Positions 57,884-64,000 of a stretch of DNA of 64,000 nucleotides are shown here, one piece after another. Location: NCBI GenBank assembly GCA_965208435.1, contig OZ242337.1, positions 64,998 to 128,997 of the forward strand. The letters are read 5' to 3'. Position 1 is the stretch's first letter, and every line of letters starts with the position of its first letter. The notes under the pieces are model-generated. The model saw only the letters and a program-made list of their open reading frames with translations. It did no database searches and was not told where the DNA came from. The position numbers were made by a program, and so were the translations under genes. The DNA comes from Candidatus Aldehydirespiratoraceae bacterium. GTDB taxonomy: Bacteria; Actinomycetota; Acidimicrobiia; Acidimicrobiales; Aldehydirespiratoraceae.

Positions 57884-58614
57884 ACGACCGCGCCTACATC
57901 CACGAGTTCATCGACATCCGCGGAGCTCACCGGGCCGACTACATGCAGCACATGGCCGCGAACTGGAGCCCCGCAGCACAACAAGAGCGCAACCAGCTGC
58001 TCTTCGGCATGTGGGCCGTGTTGGGAAGCACCGGCCATTGGCCCCAGGTCTGCAACATCTGGGAGGAACCCGGCCTCGCCGGACTGGCCAGTTCCTTCGA
58101 GCGAGAGGCGGTCGGATCGGGCCTCCAGGATCCTCGGCTTGAACGTTGGTGGAACAAAGCGGCTGAGTTCCGCCGCGGCGGTTTCGACCGGATCCTCCTC
58201 CCCGCCCCGTGGATGCCGACCATCGAAGAGACCCTTTCCGCGGGCTCCCGATCGACCGTGTTCGCCCACGAGACACTGAAGTGTCGGCCCGACACGGCTC
58301 TCGAACTGCTGGAACTTGCCAACAAATCAGCCACCACCGCATACGACCAGTTCGGGTGGGCCCTTGTGGGCGCCTGGAGCACGGCCATGCGTGACGACGA
58401 CGAGGCGATCCTGCTCTGGGCGCTGCCCGACTGGCAGTCCTGGGCCGATGCCGAGACCGCTCAACGAAGCGACCCTGGGCTGCTCGCCTGGCGATCCGAG
58501 GCTCGCAGAATCACGACGGACTGGCAGCGGATCCTGCTCGTCGCGGCACCGCTGTGCCCGTTCCGTACCGGCCGCCAACCCAACCGCCAAGACCAGATCG
58601 ACTGGACCGACTGA
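57880..58614 (+). CDS. conserved hypothetical protein (two-repeat, possibly NIPSNAP-like)
   Basis: 244-aa ORF translationally coupled (GTGA) to the preceding hydratase. The fold assignment is a guess. Confidence 0.5.
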   Translation: MNDRAYIHEFIDIRGAHRADYMQHMAANWSPAAQQERNQLLFGMWAVLGSTGHWPQVCNIWEEPGLAGLASSFEREAVGSGLQDPRLERWWNKAAEFRRGGFDRILLPAPWMPTIEETLSAGSRSTVFAHETLKCRPDTALELLELANKSATTAYDQFGWALVGAWSTAMRDDDEAILLWALPDWQSWADAETAQRSDPGLLAWRSEARRITTDWQRILLVAAPLCPFRTGRQPNRQDQIDWTD

Positions 58615-58618
58615 CACG

Positions 58619-58849
58619 ATGGATGTTTCTGGACACAAAGAGCACGAGCAGACCGAAACGGTCGTCATCATCTTTGATCGAAGGCGAACCGAGATCGCCT
58701 ACAGCGCAGGCGACACGATCCTGGAGACGGCCCGGGCCGGTGGTCTGGATCCACCGTTCTCGTGCGAGGCGGGCAATTGCGCCACCTGCATGGCGATGCT
58801 CCGGCAATCTGGCACGGTCGCAATGCCGAGGAGCTTGTCGTGCTCGTGA
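58619..58849 (+). pseudogene. truncated plant-type [2Fe-2S] ferredoxin domain
   Basis: Contains FSCEAGNCATCMAML (Cx4Cx2C). The fourth Cys region is missing and the reading frame runs into unrelated sequence. Confidence 0.5.
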
Positions 58850-59051
58850 AACGGGGAATGTCGCCTCTCCAGGCCATTCGAGCTGCCACGGTTGTGAGCG
58901 CCGAACTGGTCGATGCCCCGACCTCGGACGGATTGCCCCTGGGATGCTCGCCGACATCGTCGGGGTGCCCGGTGACCCGCTGAGCGACATCACAGTCACC
59001 CAGCAGGTGGCCTTCGTGATGAAGGACGGCAGGGTCTACAAGGGTCGGTGA
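58810..59051 (+). pseudogene. C-terminal remnant of a metal-dependent amidohydrolase (frameshifted)
   Basis: Reads NAEELVVLVKRGMSPLQAIRAATVVSAELV then, in another frame, GRIAPGMLADIVGVPGDPLSDITVTQQVAFVMKDGRVYK*. Confidence 0.55.
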
Positions 59052-59057
59052 GCCCGC

Positions 59058-59825
59058 TCAGGGCGCGAGTTGTCGAGTGAAGATCTGCCCGTACTCTTCG
59101 AGTCCGTCGTCCACGCCCGCCAGGCGGAGCAGATGCCAGAACAGAGCGATGTTGCTCGACACGACCGGGACGCCCACCTGGTCTTCGATCTCAGCCGCGT
59201 TCGCGAGGACCCGAAGACTCGTGCACGACACGAACACCGCTTCGCTGTCAGCGTTGGCCACCGCACGGATCCCATCGATGATCGACGTCTCGGAGATGCG
59301 GGCCACGACCAGATCACTGGATTCCAGGAACGATCCGAGCGTGGTGACTGTCAGCCCCGCATCCGCGAAGTGCTCGGCGATCGGCGCGGTGACTTCGGCT
59401 GTGTACGGCGTGACCACGGCGATTCGGCCGGCGTCCAACGCACGGAACGCTGCGACGGCCGCGGTGATCGGGGTTGTGCAGGCCACACCGGGATGCGCGG
59501 TGTGAACAGCAGCGGTGACCGCGTCGACGCCGATCAGCGTCGCAGCCGAGGTGCAGCCATAGCCGATCGCATCGAAACCGAAGTCCGGTGGCAGCAGTCC
59601 CGCAGCGACCGGCAGACGCTGTTCCATGGCGGTCAACGACCTCGGCGTCACCTCAGTGTCGTTGGGGATACGCGAGTGATAGAAGGCGACGCCGTCGATG
59701 TCCATCATCCTTGCCTCGGCCTCGATCGTCTGATCGCTCTGCAACACGATCAGGCCGATACGTGCCCGCGCCCCGTATCCCTGGTCGGTCTCGAACGACA
59801 ATGGCACCAGGTCGGGTACGGTCAC
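59058..59825 (-). CDS. Asp/Glu-racemase-superfamily protein, maleate-isomerase-like (two catalytic Cys)
   Basis: Contains IGLIVLQSDQTIE, GYGCTSA and VFVSCTSL. The GTG at 59825 overlaps the upstream stop (GTGA). Confidence 0.75.
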   Translation of the reverse strand: MTVPDLVPLSFETDQGYGARARIGLIVLQSDQTIEAEARMMDIDGVAFYHSRIPNDTEVTPRSLTAMEQRLPVAAGLLPPDFGFDAIGYGCTSAATLIGVDAVTAAVHTAHPGVACTTPITAAVAAFRALDAGRIAVVTPYTAEVTAPIAEHFADAGLTVTTLGSFLESSDLVVARISETSIIDGIRAVANADSEAVFVSCTSLRVLANAAEIEDQVGVPVVSSNIALFWHLLRLAGVDDGLEEYGQIFTRQLAP

Positions 59826-60703
59826 ATCGCCGCTCCGCCGGCTTTGGCCTGCTGGGTGAAGAACGACGCTCCGGTGGGCACTTCGGGGTACTCCATCTCG
59901 TAAGCCGAGCAACGGACGCGGTTGGTGCGGACGCCGCGCACAACTTCGCCCTCGTGGCGGCTCGGGAGGTGGTTGACCTGCAGGGGTTTGGAATCCTCGG
60001 CCCGGTACTCGCAGATGAAGAGCGTTCGGGGCGCATCAGAGGTGTTTGGGGCCGACCCGTGCAGCAGACGCGTGTGCATCAGACACGCCGAGCCTGCGGG
60101 CCCAAAGACGGGCACGGCTTCAGCAGTGTGTGCGGCCTCGACCTCCGCGCTCACGGTGCCGGTGTATACGCCGTCGTGCCAATGGTCGAACAGGTCACCG
60201 CGGTGGGTTCCGGGTACCACTCTCAGAGGCCCGTTCTCCAGCGTGACGTCGTCGAGGAAGAACAGCACAGCGATGAGGTCTTCGTTGGTATGGGGCTGGA
60301 ACATGAAATCCTGGTGGTACTTCACCTCTGTGGCGGAACCAGGGTGTTTGGCGTTGATCTTGGAGTTGTTGTATTCAACGTTCGGGCCGATGAGTTGAGC
60401 GACGGCATCAAGGGGCCGGTTGTTGCGCATCACTTCGAGGTAGGCGTCGGAGACGTCGACGGGAGACGCGACCCTGCGCAGAGCGGGCCGCTGCGGGCTG
60501 TGGTCGACCTCGAGGTCGAAGCGGGGTCGATCAGCCGGGGTGTCGCCGTACGGTTCGGAGTGCTCGCGGCTCTCTTCCACCCAGGCTGCGAAGTCGCCCT
60601 GGATCGCCGCGAGTTGCTGCGGATTCAACGCGTTCTCGACGAAGGCGTAGCCGTTGGCCCAGTAGGCCTCGATCTCGTCGGCACAAAGAACTTCGTCAGA
60701 CAT
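59822..60703 (-). CDS. PhyH-family Fe(II)/2-oxoglutarate dioxygenase (paralogue 3)
   Basis: 293 aa from MSDEV. Contains KYHQDFMFQP (HxD), ENGPLRVVPGTH and a distal His in LLHGSAPN. The start shares 1 nt with the upstream stop. Confidence 0.75.
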   Translation of the reverse strand: MSDEVLCADEIEAYWANGYAFVENALNPQQLAAIQGDFAAWVEESREHSEPYGDTPADRPRFDLEVDHSPQRPALRRVASPVDVSDAYLEVMRNNRPLDAVAQLIGPNVEYNNSKINAKHPGSATEVKYHQDFMFQPHTNEDLIAVLFFLDDVTLENGPLRVVPGTHRGDLFDHWHDGVYTGTVSAEVEAAHTAEAVPVFGPAGSACLMHTRLLHGSAPNTSDAPRTLFICEYRAEDSKPLQVNHLPSRHEGEVVRGVRTNRVRCSAYEMEYPEVPTGASFFTQQAKAGGAAM

Positions 60704-61857
60704 CAGATGATCGGTAGTTCGGGCGCAGCGCGGCGACTGAGCAGTTCGGGGCCGTTTGCGCGCACGACCAGGTTCTCTTCGTGGACCATTGCCTTGCCGG
60801 GCTCCCAGATCAAGGCGGGCTCCAGGGTCAGCACCATGTTCGCCTCGATGACTGTGTCGTCGTCGGCTTTGTGCGACGGCCATTCGGTCACCTGCGTGCC
60901 GAGGCCGTGGCCCATGCGTCCGATGTCGTTGCCCAACGAGCCGTTGGCCTTCAACACCTCGTTCATCGCAGTGAACACCTCAGAGGTGGTGGCCCCTGGC
61001 CGAACCGCTTCAAGGCCGGATTCAGTGGCCTCCCAGACGGCCCGGTAGGCGTCTCGGGCACCGCTGCTGGCGGTGGTGAAGGCGAAGTTCCGGTCGAAGT
61101 CGCTGAAATAGCCGTCGAAGGTCGAGCCTGTGTCGAAGATCAGCATGTCCCCGTCGTCGATCCGGCGATCAGTCGGCTGCCGGATGATGTCGTCGATGCC
61201 TCCGGGGCCGGTTGCGCCGACAAGGTAGGGCACGTCGTCGGCGCCCTGCCGCAGGATCTCTGAGCGGAACGCGGCGAACGCCTGACGCTCGGTCATGCCC
61301 GTAGACAGTAGTTCGGGCAGTTCGTCGAAGGCGTCGGACACAACGCCACAGATGTAACGGTGCTTCTCGATCTCGCGCTCGCTCTTGACCATGCGCAGGC
61401 CGCGGATGATGTCGGTCACGTCGACGAAGTCGCCCACCATCGACCGCAGTCGGTCGAGGTCGCGCAGGGGCATGCGGACATGGGTCTCGGACCCCATCGG
61501 CAAGCCGATAGGGCCCGCTGGAGCGACCTCTCGAATGCAGTCGGCGAGCAGGGTGACACCGTCGTCGTCAGGGCATGGCGACGACCAGGTGCGGACATCA
61601 TCGATCCAAGTTTGGGACATTGTGGCTCCGCCGATGCTGGGAATGACCGCGATCGGCTTGCCTGCGGAGGGGATGACCGTGAACCAGGGCCTTGTCGGGC
61701 TCTGCCAGAACGGGGTGTGGAATCCGGTGAAGTACCGGACTTCGGGTTCGGTGCACACCAGGACCGCGGCGATTCGGCGTTCGGCCATCTGTGCTTGACA
61801 GCGCCGGGTTCGCTCAGAGAACTCTTCGGCTGGAAAGCCTCGCTCGGGACTCAACAC
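60703..61857 (-). CDS. M24-family metallohydrolase with creatinase-type N-domain (Xaa-Pro peptidase / ectoine-hydrolase-like)
   Basis: Metal-ligand pattern FDTGSTFDGYFSDFDR, GHGLG, LTLEP and HEEN. Start uncertain (GTG 61857 or 61917). Confidence 0.75.
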   Translation of the reverse strand: MLSPERGFPAEEFSERTRRCQAQMAERRIAAVLVCTEPEVRYFTGFHTPFWQSPTRPWFTVIPSAGKPIAVIPSIGGATMSQTWIDDVRTWSSPCPDDDGVTLLADCIREVAPAGPIGLPMGSETHVRMPLRDLDRLRSMVGDFVDVTDIIRGLRMVKSEREIEKHRYICGVVSDAFDELPELLSTGMTERQAFAAFRSEILRQGADDVPYLVGATGPGGIDDIIRQPTDRRIDDGDMLIFDTGSTFDGYFSDFDRNFAFTTASSGARDAYRAVWEATESGLEAVRPGATTSEVFTAMNEVLKANGSLGNDIGRMGHGLGTQVTEWPSHKADDDTVIEANMVLTLEPALIWEPGKAMVHEENLVVRANGPELLSRRAAPELPII

Positions 61858-61898
61858 ACACCTCTTGTTGCTCGCGGATGCGACTGTAACCTGAGCCG

Positions 61899-63101
61899 GT
61901 GATTTCGCGGCTGCCACTCGACCAGATCCGCACGGACACTCCTGGAGTCGACCATGTCCTGCATTTCAACAACGCCGGTGCTGCGCTGCCACCCCAGGTG
62001 GTACTCACGACTGTTGTCGAGCATCTTGAGCGCGAGGCCACCATCGGTGGTTATGAGGCCGCTGCCGAAGCGTCCGACCGCGTCGCAGCGGTTTATACAT
62101 CGCTCGGTCGCCTGATCGGCGCCGAATCCCCACAGATAGCCGTGGTCGAGAACGCAACCCGCGCATGGGACATGGCGGTCTACGGCTATCCGTTCACCAG
62201 AGGCGACCGAGTGCTCACCAGTCGAGCAGAGTACGTCAGCAACGTCATCGCCCTGCTGCAACTGCAGAAACGCCACGGTATCGAGCCGGTGCTCATCGAG
62301 GACGACGAGTACGGCCAGATCGATCTGGAGCATCTGGAAGCGGAGCTGGCGCGAGGCGCGGCGATGGTGGCCCTCACTCATACGCCGACCAACGGAGGGC
62401 TCATCAATCCGGCCGAGGCGGTGGGCGCGCTGTGCAAGAAGTACGACGTGTTCTATGTGCTCGATGCCTGTCAGTCCGCGGGGCAGGTACCACTCGATGT
62501 CGGCCGGATCGGATGCGATGTTCTGTCGGGTACTGGTCGCAAGTACCTGCGGGGCCCGCGTGGCACCGGTTTCCTGTATGCGGGACCACGGGCATTGGAG
62601 CGCATCGAGCCACCGTTGTTGGATCTCCATGCCGCCGCATGGACTACAGACACGACTTACGAGATTCGACCCGACGCTCGCCGCTTCGAGAACTGGGAAG
62701 CGAACTACGCCGGCAAACTGGGCCTCGGGGCCGCCGTTGAATACGCCCTGGAGTTGGGGGTCGAAGCAACATCGGAGCGTCTCTGCGAACTCGCTCAAAA
62801 CCTGCGCGACTCGCTCACAGCACTCGACGGTGTCTCGGTGCACGACAAGGGAGTCGTACGCGGCGGCATCGTTACCTTCACGATCGACAGCGTTGATTCT
62901 GTCGATGTGCAGGCGCAACTGCTGGCACAGCGCATCAACACGACCGTCTCCCCTGCCGGCCATGCCCGTCTGGACCTGCCGCATCGTGGCCTTCGTGCCT
63001 TGGTGCGTGCTTCGCTGCACTACTACAACACTGTTGAGGAGATCTCCCGCTTCGTCAGCGCCGTGGATCGCCTGCGCTCCCTCAAGGGCCGGACGCGGTA
63101 G
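61899..63101 (+). CDS. class V (cysteine-desulfurase-fold) PLP aminotransferase
   Basis: 400 aa. Contains DACQSAGQVPLDV and SGTGRKYLRGPRGTGFLY (PLP-Lys region). Confidence 0.8.
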   Translation: MISRLPLDQIRTDTPGVDHVLHFNNAGAALPPQVVLTTVVEHLEREATIGGYEAAAEASDRVAAVYTSLGRLIGAESPQIAVVENATRAWDMAVYGYPFTRGDRVLTSRAEYVSNVIALLQLQKRHGIEPVLIEDDEYGQIDLEHLEAELARGAAMVALTHTPTNGGLINPAEAVGALCKKYDVFYVLDACQSAGQVPLDVGRIGCDVLSGTGRKYLRGPRGTGFLYAGPRALERIEPPLLDLHAAAWTTDTTYEIRPDARRFENWEANYAGKLGLGAAVEYALELGVEATSERLCELAQNLRDSLTALDGVSVHDKGVVRGGIVTFTIDSVDSVDVQAQLLAQRINTTVSPAGHARLDLPHRGLRALVRASLHYYNTVEEISRFVSAVDRLRSLKGRTR

Positions 63102-64000
63102 TGACTTCCACCGACTACGAGAACCCTTATCGACCCGTACCGATCAGACTCTTCAACGGCCTCGGCAGCGCGGGCCGGCGTCTGGGACTGTCGGGGCGCT
63201 TGGAGGTCGACGCACTGCTCGACGCTGCCCGACGGAAAACCGGCTTGTCGGACTTCGGCGACAACGGTTTTCTGGGAGCGTTGGAAGTGCTCGTCGACTC
63301 GATCAACGGCGAGGCCCGCCTGACACCGACCGGCCGAGTGATACAGAAATCAAGGCTCATCGGGGCGCTGGTCTACCGCTTGCGGATCGAAGACGTGATC
63401 CGTAGACATCCTGAGATCGACTCGATGGACCTGCCGAGCGTCGTCATGGTCACTGGGCTGCAGCGCACCGGCACCACCCTGCTGCAGCGCTTGTTGAACT
63501 CGCTTCCGGGGATTCGGGGTGTCTCAGGGGGCGAAGGGCTGGTCCCCGTCCCGGCGACCGACACTTCGAAACCCGTCGAGAGGGCACGAAGACGGCGCGC
63601 GGTTCTCGCTGAGAAGACCATCTCCTATCTGGCACCTGACTTCATGACGATCCATCAGATCGACCCCAGCGAGCCCGAAGAGGACGTCCTGTTGCTCGAC
63701 CTCGACTTCATGAGCCAGTCAGCCGAGGCCACCATGCGCGTGCCTACCTATTCCCGCTGGCTGGAGGGTCAAGACCACACGTCAACCTATGAGTACTTCC
63801 GTCGGGTCCTGAAGGTGCTCTGCTGGCAGCGGCCTGCTGGTGCCCTGGTGCTCAAGACCCCGCAACACCTCGAATACCTCGACGTGTTCCTCAGGGTGTT
63901 CCCCGACGCGACGATCGCACAGACACACCGCGATCCGCGGATCGCGGTTGCCTCCTTCTGCAGCATGGTCGCCCACAGTTGCGGAATCTTCTCAGATGAC
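63101..64000 (+). CDS. sulfotransferase-family protein (3' end outside window; absent from the ORF track)
   Basis: The GTG at 63101 shares 1 nt with the preceding TAG. Frame 2 is open to base 64000. GLQRTGTTLLQRLL resembles the PAPS 5'-phosphosulfate-binding loop. Confidence 0.7.
   Translation, partial: MTSTDYENPYRPVPIRLFNGLGSAGRRLGLSGRLEVDALLDAARRKTGLSDFGDNGFLGALEVLVDSINGEARLTPTGRVIQKSRLIGALVYRLRIEDVIRRHPEIDSMDLPSVVMVTGLQRTGTTLLQRLLNSLPGIRGVSGGEGLVPVPATDTSKPVERARRRRAVLAEKTISYLAPDFMTIHQIDPSEPEEDVLLLDLDFMSQSAEATMRVPTYSRWLEGQDHTSTYEYFRRVLKVLCWQRPAGALVLKTPQHLEYLDVFLRVFPDATIAQTHRDPRIAVASFCSMVAHSCGIFSDD

Noticed and set aside
61857-61917. Apparent 19-nt head-to-head overlap between the M24 hydrolase (track start 61917) and the aminotransferase (61899)
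   Set aside because: This is probably an artefact of taking the longest ORF. An internal GTG at 61857 gives a hydrolase N-terminus that begins just before the conserved region and leaves a ~40-bp divergent gap. The true starts remain uncertain.

Overview
High-GC, gene-dense chromosomal segment. It looks actinobacterial, possibly Acidimicrobiia-like; that is an inference from composition, frequent GTG/TTG starts and gene content. About 60 genes are supportable, and many are joined by 4-nt ATGA/GTGA start/stop overlaps. Order along the window: (1) tail of an ABC ATPase plus the cobalamin nucleotide-loop genes cobO-cobU-cobT-cobS (1-3490). (2) A fused EtfB-EtfA flavoprotein, a small J-domain protein and a frameshifted ferredoxin (3526-6076). 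(3) An accessory patch (6141-13020) holding a class II Fic protein, a VOC-like ORF, a four-layer nest of IS3-family elements (8126-11719), a long compound hairpin and a frameshifted HRxDGPA-repeat protein. (4) A histidine-utilisation regulon (13021-21721), hutU-def-like-hutF-hutI-FAD oxidoreductase divergent from iclR-hutH. It has a peptide-deformylase homologue embedded where a formylglutamate deformylase would be expected. (5) A classical glycogen cluster glgP-glgX-glgA / glgC-glgB plus a PPi-type phosphofructokinase (21973-31880). (6) A lipoprotein, a stretch of gene remnants, and a MacB-type ABC exporter (31907-37300). (7) A non-phosphorylative deoxy-sugar (rhamnose/fucose-type) locus with two RhamD-like dehydratases, an ABC importer and an IclR regulator (37391-50349). 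(8) A CoA-dependent catabolic cluster headed by a PhyH dioxygenase (50346-58614), followed by a deletion scar (58619-59051). (9) An M24 hydrolase-PhyH-two-Cys racemase/isomerase operon divergent from an aminotransferase-sulfotransferase pair that runs off the window (59058-64000). I found no rRNA, tRNA, CRISPR array or riboswitch. The candidates I consider most worth follow-up are the def-like gene inside the hut operon, the Eut-like operon at the 3' end, and the PhyH-headed CoA cluster. All functional calls come from motif and architecture recognition by eye. No database search was run.
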